From Bacteroidaceae bacterium (GTDB taxonomy: Bacteria; Bacteroidota; Bacteroidia; Bacteroidales; Bacteroidaceae), in assembly GCA_963651205.1 (NCBI GenBank), contig CAVJPC010000118.1:1756-65755 (forward strand): 64,000 bases of DNA, written 5' to 3'. The position numbers and the translations under genes are program-made. Within the stretch, counting starts at the first letter, position 1, and each line of letters starts with the position of its first letter. The notes beneath the pieces are model-generated. The model was not told where the DNA came from. It saw nothing but the letters and a program-made list of their open reading frames with translations, and did not search any database. This document shows positions 1 through 9,593 of the stretch, one piece after another.

Positions 1-336
1 TTGGATATCTTCTCCGCCTGTCAAGACGATACCATCCAGTTGGGACACAATTTGGCGGAGCACTTCTACATTATCTGTTACGGGTATCATGTAAGGAATC
101 CCTCCCGATAGAATTACTGACTGTACATACGCCGTGTTTACGGCTGTTCGTTTCGGATTTACATCTGTGGAAATTCCAATCAAGGGACGTCTTTTTACTC
201 CGGGAATCGATTCGGAATCCACTTTCTGATTCAATTGGGTGAGTGCTTCGGGCAAAGGATTCTTTTTGCTTTTTTGTGCCTGTACATGGCAACAGCCCAA
301 GGCTAACAGTAATACTAAGAGGCATTTGTTTTTCAT
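1..336 (-). CDS. 5' part of a peptidase C26 / gamma-glutamyl-GABA hydrolase-like (class I glutamine amidotransferase) protein with signal peptide; runs off the window
   Basis: Manual translation (absent from the ORF track): MKNKCLLVLLLALGCCHVQAQ...RRPLIGIST...AYVQSVILSGGIPYMIP...LDGIVLTGGEDIQ; ATG at 336-334. Confidence 0.75.
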   Translation of the reverse strand, partial: MKNKCLLVLLLALGCCHVQAQKSKKNPLPEALTQLNQKVDSESIPGVKRRPLIGISTDVNPKRTAVNTAYVQSVILSGGIPYMIPVTDNVEVLRQIVSQLDGIVLTGGEDIQ

Positions 337-468
337 ATGAACATAGATTTTGTCTTGCAGGCAAATGTATAAACTATGTTTTATGTAAAAAAATAAAATG
401 CCATAAAAATAGAGTGGGAGGTACTTATTCCAAGCACCTCCCACCTTTATATTCAGAAAATAATCAAT

Positions 469-3195
469 TTACTTCATATCTTCCACAGCAGCCTGTGCCG
501 CAGCCAGTCTGGCAATAGGCACGCGGAACGGAGAGCAAGACACATAGTTCAAACCAACTTTGTGACAGAATTTCACTGATGAAGGTTCACCACCATGTTC
601 ACCACAGATACCGCATTTCAGGTCAGGACGAACCGAACGGCCTTTATCTACAGCCATTTCAATCAGCTGACCTACACCATTCTGGTCGAGTACCTGGAAT
701 GGGTCTACCTTCAAAATCTTCTTTTCCAGATATACCGGCAAGAATGAAGCGATATCGTCACGAGAATAGCCGAAGGTCATCTGAGTCAAGTCGTTGGTAC
801 CGAATGAGAAGTATTCTGCACGGCTGGCAATGCGGTTGGCAGTCAACGCAGCACGCGGAATCTCAATCATGGTACCTACCTTAAACGGAATTTCCATACC
901 TTCTTTTTCAAACAATGCGGCGGCGGCATCGCGGATCACCTTTTCCTGAGCTTCAAACTCATACAGGATACCGGTCAGCGGAACCATGATTTCGGGGTGC
1001 GGATCATAACCTTCCTTCTTCAGCTCGATAGCGGCACCCAGGATAGCCTGAGTCTGCATTTCGGTGATTTCGGGATAAGTATTACCCAGACGGCAACCAC
1101 GGTGACCTAGCATCGGATTATGTTCGCACAAGCTTTCTACGCGTTTCTTGATTTCCTGTACGGTTACACCCATTGCCTTGGCCATTTCTTCCTGACCTTT
1201 TGCATCGTGGGGAACGAACTCGTGCAAAGGAGGATCAAGCAGACGAACATTTACCGGACATCCGTCCATTGCCTTGAAGATACCTTTGAAGTCGGCTTTT
1301 TGGAAGGGGAGCAATTTAGCCAATGCTTTTCTACGTCCTTCTACATCCGGTGACAGGATCATTTCACGCATGGCAACAATCTTTTCCGGATCGAAGAACA
1401 TATGTTCCGTACGGCAAAGACCGATACCCGAAGCACCGAAAGCACGGGCCACTTCCGCATCGTGCGGAGTGTCGGCGTTGGTGCGGACATTCAGTTTGGT
1501 GTATTTGTTGCAAAGATCCATCAATGCGGCGAAGTCGCCTGATACTTCGGCAGCCTTGGTTTCCACTTTACCTTTATATACTTCACCCGTAGTACCGTTC
1601 AGAGAGATGAAATCACCTTCTTTCAGCGTAATGCCTTCAATTTCTACGGTGCGTGCTTTATAGTCCACGTTAATGGCACCTGCACCTGATACGCAGCATT
1701 TACCCATACCACGAGCTACCACGGCGGCGTGAGATGTCATACCACCACGTGCAGTCAGGATACCTTCGGCAACGGCCATACCTGCCAAGTCTTCCGGCGA
1801 AGTCTCGATACGTACCATTACCACCTTTTTACCATCGGCCGCCCATTTAGCAGCGTCGTCGGCAAAGAATACAATCTGACCGGTAGCGGCACCCGGAGAT
1901 GCGGGCAGACCACGGGTCAAGACTTTCGCCTCTTTCAAAGCCTTCTTATCGAATACAGGGTGGAGCAGTTCGTCCAGTTTATTGGGTTCGCAACGTGCCA
2001 ACGCTGTCTTTTCATCAATCATTCCTTGGCGCAGCAAGTCCATGGCAATTTTTACCATAGCAGCACCTGTGCGTTTACCGTTACGAGTCTGCAAGAACCA
2101 CAGTTTTCCTTCCTGTACGGTAAATTCCATATCCTGCATATCGCGGTAGTGGTCTTCCAGTTTGGTCTGCAAGGCATCCAGTTCTTTGTAGATTTCCGGC
2201 ATGGCTTCTTCCATAGAAGGATATTTGGCTACACGTTCTTCTTCAGAGATACCTGCCCGTTCTGCCCAACGCTGAGAACCGATTTTGGTAATCTGTTGTG
2301 GGGTACGGATACCGGCAACAACGTCTTCACCCTGTGCATTGATCAGATATTCGCCGTTGAATAAATCTTCACCGTTACCAGCGTCGCGGGAGAAGCAAAC
2401 ACCGGTAGCCGAAGTTTCACCCATGTTACCGAACACCATTGCCTGTACACTTACGGCAGTTCCCCATTCGGCAGGAATACCTTCCATTTTGCGGTAAAGG
2501 ATGGCACGTTCATTCATCCAGCTGCGGAATACGGCACAGATAGCACCCCAGAGTTGTTCATAAGCACAGGTCGGGAAATCCTGACCGGTCTGCTCTTTTA
2601 CGGCAGCCTTGAAGCGTTTTACCAGTTCCTTCAAGTCTTCCACTTCCAGTTCGTTGTCCAGTTTCACGCCCTTTTCTTCCTTCACCTTTTCGATGATTTC
2701 TTCAAACGGGTCAATGTCTTCCTTGTTCACCGGCTTCATGCCCAGTACCACGTCACCATACATTTGTACGAAACGGCGGTAAGAGTCCCATGCGAAACGG
2801 GGGCGTCCGGTCTTGCGGCTCAAGCCTTCCACTACTTCGTCATTCAAACCCAGGTTAAGGATGGTATCCATCATACCCGGCATAGAAGCGCGGGCACCCG
2901 AACGTACAGAAACCAGTAACGGGTTCTCTACATCTCCAAACTTGGAATTCATCAGATTTTCGATGTTGGCGATAGCTTTCTCAACATCCGCTTTCAGCAG
3001 TTCTACTACTTTATCTTTGCCTAACTCGTAATATTCGCTACAAACTTCTGTGGTGATCGTAAAACCCGGAGGTACGGGAACACCAATTAGATTCATTTCA
3101 GCCAGGTTAGCGCCTTTTCCACCAAGCAGATTTCTCATGTCTGCTTTTCCTTCAGCAAGTCCGTTACCGAAGGTGTAAACTCTTTTTTTATCCAT
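469..3195 (-). CDS. ppdK: Pyruvate phosphate dikinase
   Basis: LLGGKGANLAEM, GGMTSHAAVVAR (phospho-His), GICGEHGG; start placed at MDKKRVY. Confidence 0.97.
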   Translation of the reverse strand: MDKKRVYTFGNGLAEGKADMRNLLGGKGANLAEMNLIGVPVPPGFTITTEVCSEYYELGKDKVVELLKADVEKAIANIENLMNSKFGDVENPLLVSVRSGARASMPGMMDTILNLGLNDEVVEGLSRKTGRPRFAWDSYRRFVQMYGDVVLGMKPVNKEDIDPFEEIIEKVKEEKGVKLDNELEVEDLKELVKRFKAAVKEQTGQDFPTCAYEQLWGAICAVFRSWMNERAILYRKMEGIPAEWGTAVSVQAMVFGNMGETSATGVCFSRDAGNGEDLFNGEYLINAQGEDVVAGIRTPQQITKIGSQRWAERAGISEEERVAKYPSMEEAMPEIYKELDALQTKLEDHYRDMQDMEFTVQEGKLWFLQTRNGKRTGAAMVKIAMDLLRQGMIDEKTALARCEPNKLDELLHPVFDKKALKEAKVLTRGLPASPGAATGQIVFFADDAAKWAADGKKVVMVRIETSPEDLAGMAVAEGILTARGGMTSHAAVVARGMGKCCVSGAGAINVDYKARTVEIEGITLKEGDFISLNGTTGEVYKGKVETKAAEVSGDFAALMDLCNKYTKLNVRTNADTPHDAEVARAFGASGIGLCRTEHMFFDPEKIVAMREMILSPDVEGRRKALAKLLPFQKADFKGIFKAMDGCPVNVRLLDPPLHEFVPHDAKGQEEMAKAMGVTVQEIKKRVESLCEHNPMLGHRGCRLGNTYPEITEMQTQAILGAAIELKKEGYDPHPEIMVPLTGILYEFEAQEKVIRDAAAALFEKEGMEIPFKVGTMIEIPRAALTANRIASRAEYFSFGTNDLTQMTFGYSRDDIASFLPVYLEKKILKVDPFQVLDQNGVGQLIEMAVDKGRSVRPDLKCGICGEHGGEPSSVKFCHKVGLNYVSCSPFRVPIARLAAAQAAVEDMK

Positions 3196-3392
3196 AATAA
3201 TGTATTTAAAGTTAACTCGCTCAAAAAATGTAATCGCAAAACTATACATATTTTAGTTATCTCCAAACCTTTTACTGAAAAATTTTAGTGGAAATTGCAA
3301 TTTCTACTTTGCAATTTTAATATCTTACGATTTATGAGGCAATATTCAGGGAAAATGCTTAAATTTGTCCCCAAATTAACTTATTCAGAAAA

Positions 3393-4814
3393 GTGGCTAG
3401 AAAGAAGAAAGAACTTCCATTATTAGAGAAGATAACCATAACAGATGTAGCTGCCGAAGGAAAAGCTTTGGCGAAAGTGAATGACCTGGTAGTATTTGTG
3501 CCTTATGTGGTGCCCGGCGATGTGGTGGATTTACAAGTGAAGCGTAAGAAAAACCATTATGCAGAGGCCGTAGCGGTGAAATTCCATGAATATTCTGCTA
3601 TACGGGCAGTACCCTTCTGCCAGCATTATGGCGTGTGCGGCGGTTGCAAATGGCAGTGTCTGCCCTATGCGGAGCAAATAAAGTACAAGCAAAAACAGAT
3701 CACGGATAACCTTACCCGCATCGGCAAGATCGAACTGCCGGAGATTTCGCCCATCCTGGGATCGGAAAAGACGGAATTTTATCGTAATAAATTGGAATTT
3801 ACCTTCTCCAACAAGCGCTGGCTGACGGAAGAAGAGGTGAAACAAGAGGTGAAGTACGACCAGATGAATGCCGTAGGTTTCCATATCCCCGGAGCATTCG
3901 ACAAGGTGCTGGCTATAGAAAAGTGCTGGTTGCAAGATGATATCAGTAACCAGATACGCAACGCTGTCCGTGACTATGCTTACGAGCACAATTATTCTTT
4001 CTTCAACCTTCGTTCACAGGAAGGAATGCTCCGCAACCTGATGATCCGTACTTCGAGTACGGGTGAACTGATGGTGCTGCTGCAATGCAAGATTGTGGAA
4101 GAGAGTGAAATGGATCTGATGAAGCAACTGCTGGCTTTCGTGGCCGAACGCTTCCCGCAGATTACTTCCTTATTATATGTAGTCAATAACAAATGCAATG
4201 ATACCATTAACGATCTGGATGTAATGGTGTTCAAAGGCAACGATCATATTTTCGAGGAAATGGAGGGGTTGCGCTTCAAGATAGGAGCGAAGTCTTTTTA
4301 TCAGACCAATTCCGAACAGGCTTACAATCTCTATAAAGTAGCTCGTAACTTTGCCGGACTGACCGGCAATGAACTGGTGTACGACCTCTATACGGGTACC
4401 GGAACTATTGCCAACTTCGTTTCACGTCAGGCAAAGAAAGTGATCGGCATAGAGTATGTGCCCGAAGCGATAGAAGATGCAAAAGTAAATTCGGAAATCA
4501 ACGGCATTGACAACACCCTGTTCTATGCCGGTGACATGAAGGATATTTTAACCCAGGAGTTTATCAACCAACACGGTCGTCCCGATGTTATCATCACCGA
4601 TCCTCCCCGTGCAGGCATGCACGACGATGTGATCAGCACCATTCTCTTTGCCGGTCCTCAGCGCATTGTATATGTCAGCTGTAACCCGGCAACCCAGGCA
4701 CGCGACCTTTCCTTGCTGGATGTACAATACAAGGTGATGGCTGTGCAGCCCGTAGATATGTTCCCCCATACGCATCATGTGGAAAATGTGGTGTTGCTGG
4801 AGAAAAGAGGATGA
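3393..4814 (+). CDS. rlmD: 23S rRNA (uracil-5)-methyltransferase RlmD/RumA family
   Basis: TRAM N-terminus, CQHYGVCGGC Fe-S motif, DLYTGTGTI, DPPRAG, YVSCNP, DMFPHTHHVE. Confidence 0.93.
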   Translation: MARKKKELPLLEKITITDVAAEGKALAKVNDLVVFVPYVVPGDVVDLQVKRKKNHYAEAVAVKFHEYSAIRAVPFCQHYGVCGGCKWQCLPYAEQIKYKQKQITDNLTRIGKIELPEISPILGSEKTEFYRNKLEFTFSNKRWLTEEEVKQEVKYDQMNAVGFHIPGAFDKVLAIEKCWLQDDISNQIRNAVRDYAYEHNYSFFNLRSQEGMLRNLMIRTSSTGELMVLLQCKIVEESEMDLMKQLLAFVAERFPQITSLLYVVNNKCNDTINDLDVMVFKGNDHIFEEMEGLRFKIGAKSFYQTNSEQAYNLYKVARNFAGLTGNELVYDLYTGTGTIANFVSRQAKKVIGIEYVPEAIEDAKVNSEINGIDNTLFYAGDMKDILTQEFINQHGRPDVIITDPPRAGMHDDVISTILFAGPQRIVYVSCNPATQARDLSLLDVQYKVMAVQPVDMFPHTHHVENVVLLEKRG

Positions 4815-4858
4815 TCCGGATCGTTCAGTCATAAATCGTTAAAACCGTAAATATAATT

Positions 4859-5785
4859 ATGTCAAGAGGTAGAAAAAACGGCACCGGCAGACCGGCAGCA
4901 AAAGCTGCTGCCAAATATACTATATATCATGTAACGGAACCCATCGAACTGATGGATTTCCTGATGCAGAAAATGGCAGGTATCAGCCGCAGCAAGGTAA
5001 AGACTTTGCTTTCCAACCGGGTAATACTGGTGGACAATGTGATTACCACCCAGTATAACTTCGCGTTGAAGCCGGGTATGAAAGTGCAGATGACCAAGGC
5101 GAAGAATAATCGTGAGTTTAAACATCCCATGCTGAAGCTGGTGTACGAGGATGCTTATATATTAGTGGTGGAAAAGAAAGAAGGTTTGCTTTCCGTCAGC
5201 ACCGAGCGTCAAAAAGAGCGTACCGCACAACATATCCTGAATGAATATGTAAAGCGTTCCCACCGTTTCAACCGTGTATTCGTGGTGCACCGTCTGGACC
5301 GTGAAACTTCGGGGTTGATGATGTATGCCAAAGACGAGAAAACACAGAACACGCTGCGTGATCATTGGCACGATATTGTAACGGACCGCCGCTATGTTTC
5401 TATCGTTTCGGGCGATATGGAGAAAGATTACGGTACTATAGAGTCTTGGCTGACTGACCGGAAACTGTATGTCAGTTCCAGTCCTGTAGACGATGGGGAA
5501 GGGAAATTTGCAGTGACTCATTATAAAACGATTAAGCGTGCCAACGGATATTCTCTGATGGAATTGGATCTGGAAACGGGACGCAAGAATCAGATTCGTG
5601 TCCATATGTCGGATTTGGGCCATCCGGTTATTGGTGACCAACGCTATGGCAGTGAGTGTGATCCTTTGGGAAGATTGGCACTGCATGCGTTCAAGCTTTG
5701 TTTCTATCATCCGGTAACAGGGGAGTTGATGGAGTTTGAAACTCCCTATCCTACGGCATTCAAAGGATTGATGCTGAAGAAATAG
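4859..5785 (+). CDS. RluA-family pseudouridine synthase
   Basis: VHRLDRETSG, GRKNQIRVH, HPVIGD, LALHA motifs; S4-like N-terminus. Confidence 0.93.
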   Translation: MSRGRKNGTGRPAAKAAAKYTIYHVTEPIELMDFLMQKMAGISRSKVKTLLSNRVILVDNVITTQYNFALKPGMKVQMTKAKNNREFKHPMLKLVYEDAYILVVEKKEGLLSVSTERQKERTAQHILNEYVKRSHRFNRVFVVHRLDRETSGLMMYAKDEKTQNTLRDHWHDIVTDRRYVSIVSGDMEKDYGTIESWLTDRKLYVSSSPVDDGEGKFAVTHYKTIKRANGYSLMELDLETGRKNQIRVHMSDLGHPVIGDQRYGSECDPLGRLALHAFKLCFYHPVTGELMEFETPYPTAFKGLMLKK

Positions 5786-5889
5786 GAAATCCTTCCCATT
5801 TACTTTGTGTTTTCAACATCCATTCATCTGCATTTCGTGGTAGGTGGATGGATTCTTTTTTATGGTATGATAATGGATTCTCACCGGAA

Positions 5890-6105
5890 TAAAAAATGAT
5901 ACCGACTTATCACAAGCCGGTATCACTGATAAATAATCACTTTATTTTTTTGTAATCATCCAACTTTGTGCGCTCACAAAGCACGGGGAATAAAAAGTTA
6001 TTTATATACTAACACCGTAAACAACTACTTTCACAAGCTATTGTTTACTTACCTAATAAAAGGTAGCTTAACAAATATCACTTAATGTTCTTTTTTTTGT
6101 TTGAC
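5890..6105 (-). ncRNA. Candidate small RNA with repeated UUGUGA-containing hairpins
   Basis: TACCTTTG -7 box on the minus strand (6117-6110); three hairpins carrying TTGTGA; the last is followed by a T-run (5897-5925 plus A6); no long ORF. Confidence 0.45.
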
Positions 6106-6181
6106 ATTACAAAGGTAACATAATAATTCAAAACTGCATCATATCATTCCGATAAGGGAAAATAATACAGCAATTTAGGTA

Positions 6182-8290
6182 TTATTTAAGCCATTTATCT
6201 AACCAATTGAAGAATGTACGCTGCCATAATATTCCATTTTGCGGCTTCAATACCCAGTGATTTTCGTCCGGATAGAGCAAAAGTTCGGCCGGGACGCCCC
6301 GCAATACGGCTGCATTGAATGCCGACATACCTTGTGAAGCAAGAATCCTATAATCCTTTTCACCGTGGATGCACAGAATAGGAGTGTCCCATTTGTCTAC
6401 AAAGCGGTGGGGAGAATTGGCAAAGGTGCGTTGGGCCGTTGCATTGTTCTTGTCCCAGTAGGCACCACCCATATCCCAGTTGGCAAACCACATTTCTTCT
6501 GTTTCCAGATATTGTTGTTCCATATTGAAAATACCATCGTGTGCAATGAATGCCTTGAAGCGTTTGTCGTGGTGTCCGGCCAGCCAATACACGGAGAATC
6601 CGCCGAAGCTTGCGCCTACACATCCCAGACGGTCAGTATCTACATAAGGTTCTTTCGAGATATCATCTATAGCGGACAAGTAGTCTTTCATACATTGGCC
6701 TCCGTAGTCACCGCTGATCTGTTCCAGCCATTCCATGCCGAAACCGGGCAGGCCGCGACGGTTGGGTGCAATAATGATATAGTCATTGGCTGCCATAATC
6801 TGGAAATTCCAACGGTAGCTCCAGAACTGGCTGACGGGACTTTGAGGACCGCCTTCACAGAACAACAGGGTGGGGTACTTCTTGTTCGCGTCAAAGTTGG
6901 CCGGATAGATCACCCATGAAAGCATTTGTTTGCCGTCGGTGGTTTGGGTCCATCGTTCTTCTACTTTACCCAGGTTCAGTTGCTTGAAGATGTGATCGTT
7001 TTCATGGGAAATTTGGGCCAGTTGTCCATCGGCAGGGGTAAGGGTGTAAATCTCATCGGCAGCACTGATAGAGTGGCGTTTGGTAACCACTTTGTCACCT
7101 GCCATAGCTACTGATCCGTAGTCATACATACCGTCGGTCAGTTTTTTCACCTCGCCGTTCAGCTGTGTGCTGTACACCATGCTGGTACCGTGCCACACGC
7201 CGACAAAGTACAGGCTTTGCGAATCGTTGTTCCAGCAATAGTCGTCTACGCCCGACTCGAAACTTTCAGTGACATAGCTTTTCTTTTTGTCGGACAGATT
7301 CATTACACAAAGGCGGTTACGGTCACTTTCGTATCCGTCACGTTCCATGCTTTGCCATGCAATGTATTTGCCGTCAGGAGAGAATTTGGGGTTGGTGTCA
7401 TAACCTTTGTTTTGGTCGGCATCACCTTCCAGCTTGCACAGGTTGGTTGTCTTTTTGCTTTCCAGGTCATAGAGGTAGATATCAGAATCTGTAGAAGTGG
7501 CGTATGCCAGACCTTGCTTCTTGCGGCTGGTATAGGCTATTTGTTTGGAGTCGTTGCTCCATGCCAGTTGCTCGATGCCGCCAAAAGGTTTCATGGGGGC
7601 TTCAAACGGTTCCCCTTCCATGATGTCGGTAGCTGCTCCCATCATGCTGCCGTCGAAATCGGCTACAAAGGGATGCGGAGTGGTTTCCACCCATTCGTCC
7701 CAGTGCTTGTACATCAGGTCGTTTACAATAATACCGCTGGCTTTGGGCAGGTCGGGGTAGAGGTCTACGGTGCGCTGGCCGTATTTCACTTGTGAGATGA
7801 AAAGAATCTTCTTGCCGTCCGGCGAGAAAGAGAATCCTTCTATGTCTCCCTTGAAGTCGGAGATGATGCGGCGTTCCGAGCCGTCGGGATTCATTTCCCA
7901 AATCTGACTGCCGCCGCTTTCGTTACACAGGAATGCGATTTTACTTCCCCCCTTTATCCATTGGGGTTCACCTTCGTTCCAGGCTGTTTGAGTAAGCAGG
8001 GTGTTATTCTTACCGTCGGCGTCCATTACATAGATTACACGGTGGCTTTTGTTTTCGGGAACACTGTAATAAGCTACAGTGTAGGCTATCTTCTTGCCGT
8101 CGGGTGATACACTCAGACTGCCTATGCGTCCCATTGCCCACAGGGCTTCGGGAGTAAGGATGCCGTCCTTGATGGTAATCTCTTGCTTGCCAATGATGGG
8201 CTCGTAGCCCTGTCCTTCCTGTTTCACTTCGGCACAGGAAGAAGCTAGCATAAGTGCTGCTGCCATGATGGTTGCGCTTGATTTATTCAT
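6182..8290 (-). CDS. S9-family peptidase lipoprotein (dipeptidyl-peptidase 5-like)
   Basis: Lipobox LASSC; PD40/WD40-like propeller repeats (SPDGK); GASFGG nucleophile, GEKDYR and DENHW triad motifs. Confidence 0.9.
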   Translation of the reverse strand: MNKSSATIMAAALMLASSCAEVKQEGQGYEPIIGKQEITIKDGILTPEALWAMGRIGSLSVSPDGKKIAYTVAYYSVPENKSHRVIYVMDADGKNNTLLTQTAWNEGEPQWIKGGSKIAFLCNESGGSQIWEMNPDGSERRIISDFKGDIEGFSFSPDGKKILFISQVKYGQRTVDLYPDLPKASGIIVNDLMYKHWDEWVETTPHPFVADFDGSMMGAATDIMEGEPFEAPMKPFGGIEQLAWSNDSKQIAYTSRKKQGLAYATSTDSDIYLYDLESKKTTNLCKLEGDADQNKGYDTNPKFSPDGKYIAWQSMERDGYESDRNRLCVMNLSDKKKSYVTESFESGVDDYCWNNDSQSLYFVGVWHGTSMVYSTQLNGEVKKLTDGMYDYGSVAMAGDKVVTKRHSISAADEIYTLTPADGQLAQISHENDHIFKQLNLGKVEERWTQTTDGKQMLSWVIYPANFDANKKYPTLLFCEGGPQSPVSQFWSYRWNFQIMAANDYIIIAPNRRGLPGFGMEWLEQISGDYGGQCMKDYLSAIDDISKEPYVDTDRLGCVGASFGGFSVYWLAGHHDKRFKAFIAHDGIFNMEQQYLETEEMWFANWDMGGAYWDKNNATAQRTFANSPHRFVDKWDTPILCIHGEKDYRILASQGMSAFNAAVLRGVPAELLLYPDENHWVLKPQNGILWQRTFFNWLDKWLK

Positions 8291-8434
8291 ATTTAAAAGC
8301 TGTTTTTGATGATTAAATGATTGCAAAAATACGCATAAAAGATGGGGATGTGAAATGTTCCCGAATATTTGTTTTCTTTTTTTACACACCCCGCCTGTTA
8401 ATCAGAAACTCTGCCGGATAAGAGTGAAGCCAAC

Positions 8435-9046
8435 TCATTCCACCCTGCTTACACCAAAGTTTCCCGGCACGGGAGCATACGCGTCGATTCCCGGAATTTT
8501 CTTTATCCTGCCCTCGCTCACCCACGCCTTGAGGCGGCGGTAGGCCGTGCTGCGTGTCATATAACACACTGTTTCCAGTTCACGGCGTGTGATATGGTCA
8601 TGATCTTTAAAGTAACCGGTCAGTACCTCCGTCAGTTCCAGGTCCGAACTGTTCAATGTGTGGCCACTACGATCCGAGCGTACAAACTTTGTCCCTTTCA
8701 ATTGTTTGCGCAGCCTCTTCTCCGGCGTAAAGGCGATGGACTTGAAGTGAATGGATTCCGCGCGCACCCCGTCCCTGCTTTTGATATCCGGAGGGCAGGA
8801 GAGAGTCATCTGAAAATAACCTATCCCTTCCAAATGCACCCTGTTCCCATTCTGAAGTTCTTCTAGGAAGAGGTCGCTTATCTCGGTCATCGCCGTCTTC
8901 AGGTCGGTTCGGGGGCGGTGAATGCTTTTGCTCCATTCGGTTGTACCTACTGTATGCGTATCCGATACACGGGCGTGATAGTGTGTCACTGCTCCCTTTT
9001 CCGTCTTCTTGGGAGGACTCTTATATAAATCATACTTTATACTCAT
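8435..9046 (-). CDS. Bacteroidetes HU-like DNA-binding protein with C-terminal winged HTH
   Basis: LQNGNRVHLEGIGYFQMTL and IAFTPEKRL HU-fold pattern; HITRRELETVCYMTRSTAYRRL HTH. Confidence 0.8.
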   Translation of the reverse strand: MSIKYDLYKSPPKKTEKGAVTHYHARVSDTHTVGTTEWSKSIHRPRTDLKTAMTEISDLFLEELQNGNRVHLEGIGYFQMTLSCPPDIKSRDGVRAESIHFKSIAFTPEKRLRKQLKGTKFVRSDRSGHTLNSSDLELTEVLTGYFKDHDHITRRELETVCYMTRSTAYRRLKAWVSEGRIKKIPGIDAYAPVPGNFGVSRVE

Positions 9047-9593
9047 CTTATCGTCTGTTTAAAGTGATGGGAAAGACCGTTGAATATTATCATTTCATCG
9101 GGGTGGTACGGTCATGTCACCTGGGTGGAATGAGCTGTTCATCTTAGGTGAAACTCTCGTTTCAGTATGGTGAAATGCTTGTAACTAAAGGACAAATATA
9201 CGAAATAGAACGCATGTGACAAAGACTTCGTGCCTTTATTCCGGTTAGTGAGGAAAATTAAAAGGGGTATCAGTTTCCTGAGGGTACTGAAAAAGATTGC
9301 AAAAAAAATTTTTCAGCGCTCTCAGCTTCCTTTCGGCCCTGTTTGCACCCAGATAAAAATAGCATTATTGAACAAATTATGAAGGATCGAGGTATCAATT
9401 CTTCATAATAAATAATTGAGAACTAAGTAATTAGGAAGCAATGAAGAATTTGAAGAAAAAAGAAGGGGAAATTCTATTTGCCGGCTTGCCTATCAAAAGG
9501 AAACTTTATAGAAAAACAGCGGGGGCGACCAAGTTCCATTCAGAAACAGCCGCCCCCACTTATCAAATTAAAACAAAAATGTAACAAAACTCG

